Origin: Lama guanicoe
Taxonomy: Eukaryota
Assembly: GCA_013239625.1 (NCBI GenBank)
Contig: MU053810.1
Location: 5,240,071 to 5,304,070 of the forward strand
Direction of reading: 5' to 3'
DNA length: 64,000 nucleotides
Part shown: piece by piece, positions 50,685-63,604 of the stretch
Position numbering within the stretch: position 1 is the stretch's first letter
How the letters are laid out: each line of letters opens with the position of its first letter
Position numbers and translations under genes: made by a program
Notes under the pieces: model-generated
Told to the model about the DNA's origin: nothing
Databases searched by the model: none
Seen by the model: the letters and a program-made list of their open reading frames with translations, nothing else

Positions 50685-53600
50685 GTACCAATTAAAGAAA
50701 GCAAAATATTAACTATAGAAAGTGCCATGTAAAAAGTTATACCTGCTTTAATGTAAATACGTCAAAATCATCTAAATTTCATTTTGAGTATGTATTTCAT
50801 TATTAAAACCTTGGCAATAATTTTTTTTAAATTGAGGTATAGTCAGTTTACAGTGTTGTGTCATTTTCTGAAAACAGCACAGTCCTTCAAAAAAATTTTA
50901 ATAAAGACCCAATCCTATGAGTCTTTTAAACATATTACACATTAATATCAACTTTATTCTTTAAAAATGTTTTCCTCAGTTGCTTAGAACTGATCCTCTG
51001 GAAACTTCAATTAGCATGCATACCTATGTGGTTATCAAGGCTCCTTTAAAATCCTGCTTATTTGAGCCTTTCCCTTCCTACGAAGTCTGGAGACATAATT
51101 GGGTTTTTTGTTTTGTATCACATCTACTGATAATTCATCACAAATGTCTGTCTCATTTGAGATACTGTCATTAAGATGGTAGAGTTCAAAAGAGTGATTT
51201 CTCATTACTTACATCTTATTCTGTAACTCATTTGTTTGTATAATTTGCATCCAACCATTTTCTTTCTACCATTTCCACTATTTTTGAATTTAATCTACCA
51301 GTTGTGGATAGAACTTTATTCCCTTTTACTTATGTTTCTGAATAACTCTTAGAATTTTTTTTAAAGGTCTGTTTTGATTTTTATCAGTTGCTCCTGAATC
51401 TTTGCTCCATTTTTCTCACCAGTATTAACCTTTTGTGAACACCCTGTCAATGTTTTGATGTTAAGCAGTCATGATTAGTTATCCCCATTCTACCATAATA
51501 AGTTAGTTACCTCATAAGAAAAATAGCTATTTATTGAGTACTTATTATATACCAGGTACAATGCTAAACACATGAAATGGATTATCTCATTTAATCCTCT
51601 TGCAACTTAATGAAGTAAGAATAATTAATAACTAAATTATACAAATGAAGAGACTGATCCTTAGGGAGGGTAGGTCACTGCTCTGGATAACACAGCTAGG
51701 AAGTTCTAGCATTGAGGATCTGAGGAATGCAACTGTGCCAACCGTTTCCTTGTGATCATCCATTCATTTATGCATGCATCCATGTGTTTTTTCACATTGT
51801 TTCATTCATTCAAGAAATGTCTGACGATGTTTCAGGCACTGTGTATGCACTGGGGGATAAAAATAGGAATGATCATTATGCCTAGTTTGCAATGTGGTTG
51901 AGGATGTGAATGCTAGTAAGAACAAACACAATTGTAACAATCACGATTCTGAATGTGTTCGATGTATTAGCTCCTGTAATTTATTTCTTTGATTCAAAAT
52001 ATGTAATTACAGAGTCCATCCAACTCTGCTCTCAGAGTGTTGTCAGTGATATCTTTCCTTATAAATCTTTAGTTCCAGGAGACATTTTAGAATGTCTGGC
52101 ACCTAAAAGGTATATAATAGACACTTCTTTGTTTTAGGAAGAAAGGAAGAGGAGAGAAGGCTATGCCTAGTCAAATTAGGAGCAGAGAGCAGCTGCTCCA
52201 TCAGGGAGTAAGGATGGTCTGATTCAAATATTTTGTGGACCTCATATCTTTCCACTTCACGTATCAAGCTCGCCGTAGAGAATGAACAGTGAACACATCC
52301 AAATTTGATTACTCAACTGCCCTTTTGCTGGGGACATATTGAATTAGCTTCAAATACTTGATTACTCGTTTCATATTACCTCATTGATGGAACTCAGCTT
52401 GTGTTTCAAAAGACAGGATGTGAAAATTCTATCCACAGTCATTTAAATAAACAAAAAGCAACATGATACAGGTCCAGTGTACATATCACCATGGAAAACA
52501 TCTAATAGGTCAGAAATGTGGAACTCAATATGACTGCCAGGTACCAAAGGAAAGGTAAAATATAGTCAGTAATTCAGAAATGAATACATTGATTTGCCAG
52601 TGAATGCTTGTCTTATTTTCCACTGAAAAATGTTGAAATTATCTTAAACAATGTGCACAATGTGTTCCCTGTAGCTTATATGCAAATATGTATTTTTGCC
52701 TTGTGGCTTGGTACATGTCCATGACGTGACATTTAGAAACCCACAATCAGAGATAATAAAATAACAGACAACCAAAGTAGGCCATGCTGGTTTTTGGCAG
52801 AGTATAAATCGGGTAAAGATTTTCCCATTTGAATATATGCTATTCATATCAAAGCTGTACGTAAGCATCTGGACAGCACAATTTATTTGTATGCTGAAAT
52901 GCTGTCAAATGAATTACTTTAAATTATTTTACTTTGTTTTATTTTCACAAAGAAGAATTTTACTTCTGAAAGTCGGCAGGAAGAGCCATGTGACCCGTTT
53001 GCATTATTAGGCTCTGAGAGCTTCCAGGCAATGCCAGTAAGCACCCCCTGAATTCAATCATTTGATATTTGTTCTGCGTTTTTATGATTGTTGCCTAACA
53101 TCTCAGTTTTAATAAAGGACAAAATGAACCAGGAAACCACAAGAAGCATAGAAGTAGGTCTCACAGTGATGGTTGTAAAGAAAGCAAGATTTTTAGAAGT
53201 AAAATGCCTGGAGTATCTTTGCAACACCATCAGTAGAGTTATTTCCTGGCTGGTAGTCTGGGTTATATCTGCTGTTTACTGAAGTTACTTATTTCACTGT
53301 GGGATATGCAATAAGTCAAATCATATTCCCCTAATAAAATAAGAACCCGATTATAATGCAGCCCCTCTGCAATCAGACCATGGAACAGAAACCAGAAGGT
53401 AACCTTTTCTTATTTTTATTGAGTGTAGAGTTATTAGAATATTGTGTGCCATTCTAACAGTAACAACAGTGACCCCTCATACCTGTCACACACAGCATAC
53501 ACATCAGTATACATCAACTGAGTGATTAATGAAGTTTTTAGGCTACGGCAATTGATTTTAATGGCAATTCTTATCAAATAGTATACCTTGGTAGTTCAGT

Positions 53601-54509
53601 CAGAATGAGTGTTAACCTTGAAATACTTTTTGTATTTGTTAGTGGTTCTGCTCCGTAATTGGGTCATACTAATATACAACTTTAGGTTATTGAAAACAGA
53701 AATTCTGTCCATTAAAAACTTAAACCCAATTACGATCTAATTATTTTACTAATGAAACCCATTATGGTCCAAATTTCTTTGGCTCTCTACTAATCAGATA
53801 ATGTATATGATGTAATAGAATCACATGAAAACAGCTTATCTTTATTTTATCCAACTGCTAGTCGGTCTAGTACTGAAAATTATTTTTCAGAAATAATTCA
53901 GTCATTGTTCTAAAGCTAACTTCGGAATCAGAAGGGTTGGTAATGATTCTATCCTGGTCACATTTGGGGAGTGAACGAGGCACTGCGGGAAGGTCGCTAG
54001 CACCAACTAGAAAGGGGAACCATCACAAAATGACAGGAGGTTGACAGTTGACTCCAGCAGATTGACACGAGGGATATTCTGACTCCGAGGGGAAAGTTTT
54101 GGAAAGCAGACTCCATTTTAATGACATTCTGCAGGGAGGCTCTTAAATTATTTAAAAATTCTTTACGAAAGACGCATATGAAAAGGTCATTGGTGGTATT
54201 TTGGAAGGTCATAACAGTGTTATTTTTATTTCCTTCTTTTTGCACAACTGAACAAGGTGATAGAATAGCAAATACCCTCCCTTATCTCATGATCAGTCAG
54301 GCCGGATAGAAAAACAGCGACCAAACATCCAAGTGTTCCATATTGGTTACCATATTTGCCTCTTTAGTCCTGACTTGTTTTGAAAGCTGAAACAAAGTGG
54401 TTACTTAACCTGATACAATTTTAGGATGTGGAAGACGGATGTGTTGAAGGATTCCATGAAGTATGTAGCACTCTGTTAATGCTTCTCACACTTTTATTTG
54501 GTTCTTTAG

Positions 54510-54668
54510 GCAAAACCATTAGCTTGTTAGCAGTAATGATCCTAGCTGGGGACAGCCTGCATAATTTTGCAGATGGCCTAGTAATAGGAGCGGCCTTCTC
54601 ATCTTCATTGGAGTTGGGAGTGACCATAACAATTGCTATCTTGTGTCATGAAATTCCCCATGAAGTGG
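54510..54668 (+). pseudogene. SLC39A12: SLC39A12 exon 11 equivalent (open; ZIP metal-site motifs)
   Basis: tag|GC AAA ACC...GTG G|gtaagt; [55 protein letters not shown]-1 family HEXPHE motif; 159 nt. Confidence 0.95.
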
Positions 54669-56268
54669 GTAAGTCTGCCAGTAGGATCACTGTTTCCTGC
54701 TTGTTGAGAAAAATCATACTCTATTTCTAGCTATGGTTTACTAGGCTCCTTTTTCTACCACACAATTGAAAGATGAATACTTTCCGTTCATAATTGATTT
54801 AAACCATAAAAATCTGAGAGCTAGAAAAAAGAATTCCTGTACCTCAAGATAAAATTCAATGAAACTTTTTAAATGTTATTTCCTGGAACCAGAAGTGACT
54901 CTTTCTGAATTCTGGAGAATTCTATATGGGAGAGAGTCATCGGGGAAACCTCCTTTTAAAGAACTTCGGCAAAAACTTTAAAATCTGCATATTAAACGTG
55001 GGGGAAACATTCAAGAGGGAGTTTTATCCATTATGTCAGCAAACAGGCCAATGAGGTAAAATAACATTTAAACGAAAGCCAAACCATTGTTTCATCAACC
55101 TGATTTATACAGAATGTCTAAAGCGAAGCATGACATTGAAATGACAGGCGTGTGGTAGCAGATGGGTGTAAGACTCTTTTTCTAGATAATCTTAATAACC
55201 CATGTAATTCAGATCCTGCCTCCCAGGAACCAAGATGACACAGGGTAGACATTTCTGGACCAGATCCAGAAAGAATAGAGGCTGGTCCCAGGCACATGTA
55301 TGCCCTAGAAAGAGGGTTCTTGGTGGTCCATCTTTCTGCTCCCACTTTCATTAGCGGCTGGGACCACCCCTGACCTCTTATGTTCTGGGACTATTGTTCA
55401 GAGTCCTTTCACTGATCATCACTGACCCATTCCTCTCTGAGGAGTTTTTCCAGGGTCCTTCCTGAATCTGTTAAATATGACTTTCTCCTGGTCTGAGAGT
55501 CTTATCGTATGGTCCTATTTTTAGCTACTATAATAAAAACCAGCTGGGGTGGGTGACACTCCATGGCAGGCCAGCAGAAATGTCTTAAGTCCTGTTCAAA
55601 GGATTAATTATGCAGTGGAACTAGGAAACTGAGTCCCCAGGCTGTCCCTTGATTGAATTCCAGCCTCTTCTCAAATCCCAAAACTAAGAAAGGCTCTCAG
55701 ATTAAAAGATCATGCTTCTTTGGGAGGAAAACTGTGGCGAGAATAAGGTCATTATCCTATAATCATCGAGGCAGCAAAACATTTTCTAAAGGATGAATTT
55801 GTTTTCCTCACCAGCTTTTGCAGTGATTTAAGAATCTCATATTAAGTTGTTTTCTCTTTCCCTATAGCCGTTCCCACCTAAGCAAAAAAGAAAAGCCCAT
55901 ATAATGTTTACTACCTTGGGATTTTGCCTGGCAAGTTTGCAGGTAAAAAGATTTAGAAACCCCAGGGCAGCAAGGGCTTTATTTTGCATTTGTCTAAGTT
56001 AAAGATGTCACAGGACATTAGGAAGGAAAAGTGTGTCACAGTTCTCTCTGTATATACTACCTTCAGGAGCAGTAAAAGGAATAAAACTCTTGAAATATCA
56101 CTTCCAAAAGTATAATGAGATGGGCTATAAATCCTTGAGAAATATAGGAAAGTGTTTTATTAACTGATCGTTCAATTTTACTGAAATTTGAAACTAATAG
56201 CAAATGACTCTAGCAAAGGCATGATTAGTTAAATGAGAATTATATTTTCCTTTTCCCTTAAATTTCAG

Positions 56269-56456
56269 GAGACTTTGCTGTGCTGTTAAGCTCTGGACTT
56301 CCTATTAAGATCGCCATCCTGATGAATTTTATAAGTGCTCTAACTGCCTTCATAGCACTGTACATTGGGCTCTCAGTATCAACAGATCCATGTGTTCAAA
56401 ATTGGATCTTAACAGTTACTGCTGGGATGTTCTTATACTTATCCTTGGTGGAAATG
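56269..56456 (+). pseudogene. SLC39A12: SLC39A12 exon 12 equivalent (open)
   Basis: cag|GA GAC TTT...GAA ATG|gtaagc; (G)[62 protein letters not shown]; 188 nt. Confidence 0.95.
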
Positions 56457-58957
56457 GTAAGCTTTGCAGCTTTTCTATTTTTTTTTTCCAAATGCAAAAA
56501 AAAAAAAAAGTGAAACAGACAAAAAGCCACAAAATGGAAGGATTGATGGGGAGAAGTAAAGAATATAGATAAGAACATAGAAAAGATTGAGTTAATATTC
56601 TGTGCAATCCAAGAAAGTAAGTGGTAGGCAGAAGGAACATAATTTGAGATACAGAAAATATTGACATTCTTTAAGTGAATTTAAGGGGAATGAACAAAAC
56701 CTTTTATCAAAAAGTGACCATTAGTTCATTCTGCTGCAGCTTCGTATCTATATAAGATGCCTATACTTCCAGCTGAAAAATGGAAAGTTCTGTTAAACAG
56801 CTAGCTATTTTGTTTATACTTTGGGAAACAGTTCAACTTGATGTGTCATTAAATAACTGGCTTAATTAATCAACCCTACTTTTTAAAATAATGATTTCAT
56901 CTTTATTTAAGTTTTAATTGCCAAAGCGCTATTATACTGGCAAAATGAGAAAGATGATTATAGTACTGAGTCTCTAAAATTACAACATATCTTTCCTAAA
57001 TAGGTCCTTGCTGATACCAATGGTTAACTCAATCATCATTTTTCATGCTTTATAATCTTATGAAGGAATTGAACCTGGGAAATTTCACTTTTTTTCCCCC
57101 TCTTAAATTCTGGTCTCTGCAGGATAAACTAGTTTTTTAAGATCACTTTTTAGTAGACTTGTTGACAACTTACATGCTTTAAGGTGAATGTCATAATGAT
57201 CTTCTTGTCTCATAGGCAGGAATAAGGCAAATAAAAATGGCAGAAGTTTACAGAAGAAATATTTAAGGCTTAAAATTGATAGAAAGTCAATCTGAACAGA
57301 AATAAAACATGTGATTATCTGTATCCTGGAGCAGAAAAGTCAAATAAATAATCTTGGAGGTCATATGTGGAGCTGGACCCTTGGGATGGACTAGTGATGT
57401 CACAGAATCCAGCATTTGTCCTAGAAAGAAGTAAAGAGAATATTTCATAAGGAAAAAAAAATCTGGAAGCCAGGAACCCACGTGAATACAACCAGAACAG
57501 CACATCCCATAGGTAGAATTCAAGAAGGGGATTCTTCAAGAAGGTGTTACTTCAAGTAAACACCATCAGTTTAAACCCTACTGTAAATGCTTCTGACTTT
57601 TCAGTTGTTTTTCTTAATTCTCATGAGATTCAAATATATGAGGTAAACACCAAAAGGGACTTCCATGTTTGGAAATGTTCTTATCTATTATTTATGATAT
57701 TTGGGAAATTTCTTTACTTTGATAGTAAAGATAGTTAAAAGTGAGGCAGATTCTGCCCATCTTTTCTGAACCCCAGTCACCAACCTGTGATCAGTGTTAC
57801 AGAATCCGGCTAGCCTTCTAGTTTGAGAAACCTGGATTTCTAGCCTTGGGTGACTTAAAAGTCACAGTGTGACTCATCACTGAATGTTATAAGCTACCCT
57901 TTGTTTGAAAAGTCTATATATCAGTCCTGAGGTTCACTCTTGAGCCTCCTGATTTTCAGCTTTCTATTTCTAATTTCTTTTCTCTTATGAGTCCATTGGG
58001 GGACAGTTGCTATATTCTTTTGAAGTTTAGTTTGTTTTTTTTTTAACACAGTCTGGATTTCTCTTTAACTATGATGGGTGTGTATGAATATAGTCAATCC
58101 TTTCTCTTTGTTACAATGTCTACTCTCCTGAAATTGACCTGAGAAGATGATCAAGAGCCATTTGTCTGGTAGAACCCTAAGCTAAACACATCATTTTCCC
58201 CTCAGTGATCCTCCTCTTGATCTTGTAAGTAGAAAGAATTGCAAGAAAACAATGTGGCTAATATCCTATGAGTTTCCAACTAGAAGAAATCCTGACCCTA
58301 TTGCAAATTACTACTGGCCAGAGAAAAACCAGCATCCTGGCAAAAAGACAGGAAAGAAAATACTCTGAGTTTCCTGGGGCGACTTCCTATAATCCAGGTC
58401 GCCTGCTCTCACGGCCTTTTGAATAACTTCTAAACAAATACAGCTCTTTCACATAGCAGCAAGTTTAACTGTTGTTGTACTCTGGGGCTGTGCCAAAGAA
58501 AATACTTTTTTGTCATTTCAAGGGAGGAAAACAAGGTTTCAAGGCTCTGTACAACAGCAAAGAAAATAAATGACAGCAACTAAAGGATAAGCAGGAATAC
58601 TTCCATACACGAGCTATTCACCCAACCCTGGAAATTTACCAGGCACCTCCTGAGTAAGGTTAATGTGAAAAGATTAGCTAGATTTTTGCCTTGCTTATTT
58701 GTTTCAAAGAAATTGGGTGTCTTGTTTGAACCTCTTAAAAGGAAAAGAACTAGGGACAAAAATGGGGCTATTAGCAATGATGCCAATGAAGCAGAAAGTC
58801 TTCACTAGGGAAGATTTTCAGCCTAAATTCTCCAAAGCAGTATTGCCTTATCCAAGTACACCAACTCTCAAGTCTCACTGAATGGTTTCTAAAGAAGGTT
58901 AAGAGTGAATGCAGCTCTGGGTGGCCAGAGGAAATTCATTCTCTATTATAAACAGCA

Positions 58958-60065
58958 TATCCTAGACTGGGTTTCCCCCAAGCAGAAGCTAAGACAAAGG
59001 TGTGTGTGAAGTCAGTTCACTTGGGAGGTGAGCCCAGGGAGCAGGAGGGAAGGGCAGGTGGATTCAAACAGAGAAGAATAAAAAGTCAATAAAACAATGG
59101 GTCTTTATTAAGATGAACACTACTATGGGGCATCCACCATGTAGGTCCTTCTGAGGGGGCTTCGGACCCCATTGTTCAAAGTTGGTCCCATAAGCATCAC
59201 CTCCACGCTTCAGGTTACGGGTGCTTCAGGACCAAGGGAGTGTCATGGCAGTCCCTTGCAATCACATGGAAAATTGCCCAGGACAAGAGAAAGAGGAATG
59301 TCATATGGGCCTGAAGCAAGGCTCTGTGCAAAACTAGTTAATGCCCTCTTGAAACTGGTCTCTGCAGCAGTAGCTTGTGTGAGACATGGGCTGAAAGAAT
59401 ATGAAATAGCACCCAGGTACTGTGCATTAACAGTTGACCCCACCCACCACTCAGATAAGCTCATGATCTCCTTTACATGTATGTTCCATCTATACCAAAT
59501 TCCCTTCATGGTAGTAGCAGCCAAACACTCCACAAAGACTTAATACAAAATACAAAGACTCTAAACCCTACTGGCCTTGAGGCAATTTTTATTCATTATC
59601 TTTCATTATCTCTATCCTCCAACTCAATCTTGATTCACCTTACCTACCTTCGGCTGACCTAGATTTCTTTCCTAGTAGGGAGACCCAGGTCTTCACTGAG
59701 GTGTATTCTTTGTCCTTGGCAGGCCATGTTTCCTGTGGTGACCAGGCATGGAAGCACCAAGACAGTCTCCAAGGAATTCTCAGGTTTCTAGATATGGTTC
59801 TTGCTTACTCTGTTGGCTACCAATCACCCTAACTCCTCTTGGTAACCAGTGACAATTACTCCCACCAGTATTTTAATTTTATTCTCTATTGGTTGATCCA
59901 TTGGCATGGGGCACGCAAACGACCAGGTGGTAGTCATAACTTCAAGTTCAGTGGAAATACTCCCTGGTGTGTTCTCCTTAGGAACAGGATCTGTGATCTG
60001 ATAGTGCTGAAGTTTGCAGGAACAGGAAGCACAAATCCCATAAACAGAAAAACTGGCCATGGTTG
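58958..60065 (-). mobile_element. Ancient ERVL remnant: LTR16-like LTR (~58958-59420) plus internal dUTPase-like region
   Basis: LTR16-like end 'tcctagactgggtttcccc..aagcaga.gct.agaca'; - strand peptide MPMDQPIENKIKILVGVIVTGYQEELG resembles the recalled ERVL segment MPLNQQAKKGVTVLAGVIDPDYQGEIG. Confidence 0.6.
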
Positions 60066-60072
60066 TACACTA

Positions 60073-60222
60073 TTTTTTAAACATTTTTTATTGATTTATA
60101 ATCATTTTACAATGTTGTGTCAAATTCCAGTTTTCAGCGCAATTTTTCAGTCATACATGGACATATACATACTCATTGTCACATTTTTTCCTCTGTGAGC
60201 TACCGTAAGATTTTGTGTATAT
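60073..60222 (-). mobile_element. Young L1 3'-end fragment
   Basis: Near-identical to 12438-12590 and 38071-38225. Confidence 0.85.
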
Positions 60223-61105
60223 TTTGCTTCATGATTTCCTCCATTGTTTCTGCTCTTATTTCAATTATTTCCTTCCTTCTATTCACTTTGTTTTTAATTT
60301 TCCATTCATTTTCTGGTTTTATGAGGTAGAATGATGTATCGTTGATTTTAAATATTTTCTTCTTTTGTAATATAAGCATCTAAAGCTGTAAATTTCACTC
60401 TAAGCACTGCTTTGCTGGATTTCATGTATTTTAATCTGTTCTGTTTTCCATATTGATCATTTTGAGATGTTTTGAAATTTCTCATGTAATGTTTTCTTAT
60501 TTAACCCATGTCTTATATGGAAGTATGTTGCCTAACTTCTCAATATTGGTAACTTTAAAAAATATCTTTTAATGATTGATTTTAACTTAATTTTTGCATA
60601 GTCAAAGAATGTACTTGGTATTATTTTAGCCCTCTGAGCTATTTTGAGACTTGTTTTATGGCCTAGAATATGGTCTATCCTGGCAAATGGCCCCTAGGTC
60701 TACTTGAAAAGTACATGAGTGCAGCAACTGTTGAGTGTGGGGTTCTGTGAAAGTCAATGAAGTCAGGTTGGTTGATAGTGTTATTCGTATTTTCAAATTC
60801 TGTACTGATTTTTTTCTCCACTAGTTCTGTTAATTATTGAGGGAGTGATTGAGGGAGTTAAAATACAGACCTATATTTACAGGTGTGCCTGTTTCTTTCT
60901 TAGTCTTATCACTTTTGCTTTCATGTATTTGAAGCTCTGTTGTTAGATGCATGCATACTTAGGGTTGTTATGTCTGCTTAATTGAGTTGATGCTTTTATT
61001 ATGCTGAACAAGTCCTCTTTATCTCTGGTAAAACTCCTTGTCTTGAAGTCTCCTTTGCCTGATGTTAGTATGGTCACATCTTCTTTCCTGCTTACTGTCT
61101 GCACA
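60223..61105 (-). mobile_element. Ancient L1 ORF2 endonuclease-region remnant
   Basis: - strand 'VTILTSGKGDFKTRSFTRDKEDLFSIIKAS' resembles the L1 EN segment (VAILISDKxDFK...RDKEGHYIMIKGS). Confidence 0.75.
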
Positions 61106-61344
61106 GAGTATGGAAAGTAAGTGGTAGGGCTTTGAGAGAGTATTTGAAGTGTCACATAACAGGAGAAGTGTCTGATATAATCAGCAATGTCTGTGATTAA
61201 TATGTCAGTATCCATTTATCTTTTTATCTATTTTCAGTAAATCTTATTTATAACAAAATCCTTTGGTTTGCCATCTTTTTCATATTCCCATGAACAAAGA
61301 TTTCCTACTCCCTACAAAGATTTCATGGGATTTTTTTTCCCTAT

Positions 61345-61832
61345 AGATATAATGGCCCTGCAAAAATATACATGTTCTAATATTGGGAACTTATGAATAT
61401 GTTATCTTACATGTCAAAAGAGACTATGCAGATGTGATTAAGGTTTAGGACCCGGAAATGGGCAGAATATCCTGGATTATCTGTGTAGCCCCAATCTAAC
61501 CATCAGTTCTTAAAAATGGAAAGCCTTCCCCAGCTGTGGTCAGACAAAGATACGTGATGACAAGGGCAAGAGAGATTTGACACTGTTGAATTAGAAGTCA
61601 GAGGAAGGGAGCCAGAAGCCAAGGAATGCAGGCAGCCTCTAGAGGCTGGAAAAGATAAGGAAACAGATTCTCTCCTAAAGAATCCACAATGGAAAAACAA
61701 CACATTGATTTTAGCCCAGTGAGACCCATGTCAGACTTCTGACCCACAGAACTGTAAGACAACAAATTTGTGTTGTTTTAAACCACCAGGTTAGTGGTGA
61801 TTTTCTGAAAGCGGCCATGGAAAGCTGATCTA
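61345..61832 (+). mobile_element. MLT1D-like MaLR LTR
   Basis: 'gaatatgtta.cttacat..caaaagagact.tgcagatgtgattaagg...gccaaggaatgcaggcagcctctagaggctggaaaag...ttttagcccagtgagaccc'. Confidence 0.85.
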
Positions 61833-63604
61833 GCTCTGTGCTGCTGATATTGGTTTAAGCAAGCTTGGGAGCGGAAGCAGCTGTGTAGAGGCATCTTACT
61901 CTGTCTGAGAATGGAAAATTTCCAGAACTGAGAAATCTAAAGGATATCTCATATCCACCATCTCTCAAGTTCACAGAATCTCTCAAATAGGAAAAGACAA
62001 ACCCTGGCAGTACTGTTTTTTTCAGCAGCTTGGATAAGAGAGACTTTATTTTTAATGATATGACTTACTATTTAAAGAATAAATTAATTCATTTTGAAGA
62101 GCATTAAGTAGGTTACTCCAAGGAAAGGTTTATTTTAGATCTGAAACAAGTTTCAAACCTTTAGGCATTTTTCCTAAGGTTTGAAATCCTGCAAAACTGT
62201 TTCCATAGCAACAAGCCCATAGAAATCTCAAGGGGCCATTACTATGGCTATAACTGGAGATGTCCCTAGAATTGGAATAACTGGACCACTGCCCAGGATC
62301 CAATATGTTAATTGCACCCAATCTGATAGTGGAGGAGTTGTAACTCAGAGAGGTAGGTACAGGAGAAGGAACTGCCTACCAGTTCATTCCAAAACAAAAT
62401 AAAACAAATTTCCAGGGCCCCCTCCATGTACATCAAGGCAAATTAGTTGAGAATATACCTTAATTTCCAGCCTCATTTCTCCACCAATCTTTCTTACTAC
62501 ATAGATCTCTGGGTTGCTTCCTCTTTATTCTGCACTTGTTTTATTTTGGGGGGAAGATGATCTTATAAAACTTCTTTTCACTTGTGTAATAATGGGAGAG
62601 GAGACAGCAAGATTGAAGAGCAGTCACTTAGAGCAATTTGCTTATCTACCCGCTTCTGGAAAACACCTTCTCCAGTCAATACCACAGCCAGCCTTTCACC
62701 TGGAGCATTTTCCAATTTCCAATTAATCTTCTTTGTATGAAAGGCAGGGTAAAGAGTTTTTGAATTTGAACTTAAGATCCGCTGCTTTGAAAATATACTC
62801 AAACACATAAAAATGAGATCCACCTATTAAACCCACTCAATAAGTAGGATCATTATTATCCAGATGAAGGGCATCCATTGACTTCCCTAGAATTATTTTA
62901 GTTCAGTAAATAAGACAGCTTCAAGAAAGTGAATTGGGTAAAAAGATCATAAATTGTCAAGGGCCACCTTCCTAGCTAGTTTTCTCATCTTTTGAAAAAT
63001 CTATAATATTAAGCTAAAATTGAATCCTACACATTTAAGATATTGATTCTACCCTCTGCTCCCCATAATTCTTTCTTTATCTTCCAACTTAGAGCATTGG
63101 ATTGAGTCTTTCTTTCTTAGAGAAATCTAGATAAATCCAGTGCAGTTCAGTCAATAATCTGCAATCACCAAGTTAACTCTGGTAAGTGAGTTCTTTATCC
63201 AAAACACTAGTGAGCTCTCCTTTCTTTGAAGTTTGGCAATAGCTAGGAGTAATGCCCTTTAAACCATATCCATCTGTAGAAAGGTGATAGTTTGTCTGAA
63301 AAGACATATAAAATAATCTCAATATGCATACTTGCTTTCAACAAATACTGTACTTGAAATCAATGAGTGTAACTGACATCATTCAAACAGTCTTTTGCTG
63401 TGAACAAAATGACAAGCATTTTAAAACCATTTCAGGCAGAAAAATGAATATAATTTAATATTCACAATTATTTCTTCACAAAAGCAAGAAGGGTGAATCA
63501 TTCTTACCAACAATTTTGAAAGATTTCTATTCTCTTTCTGTGAAAATCAGTCAAACCCCACACTTTGATATTTTCTACTAAGAAAAATGATTAATAGGCC
63601 CAAC

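Larger units (their letters stand above)
23967..56456 (+). pseudogene. SLC39A12: Unprocessed zinc transporter ZIP12 pseudogene (equivalents of exons 3-12)
   Basis: Ten collinear exons with AG acceptors encode ZIP12 peptides from [13 protein letters not shown] through HNFADG and CHEIPHE to [12 protein letters not shown]. Exons 3, 4 and 7 carry disabling lesions. No first coding exon was found upstream and no terminal exon in the window. Confidence 0.93.
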
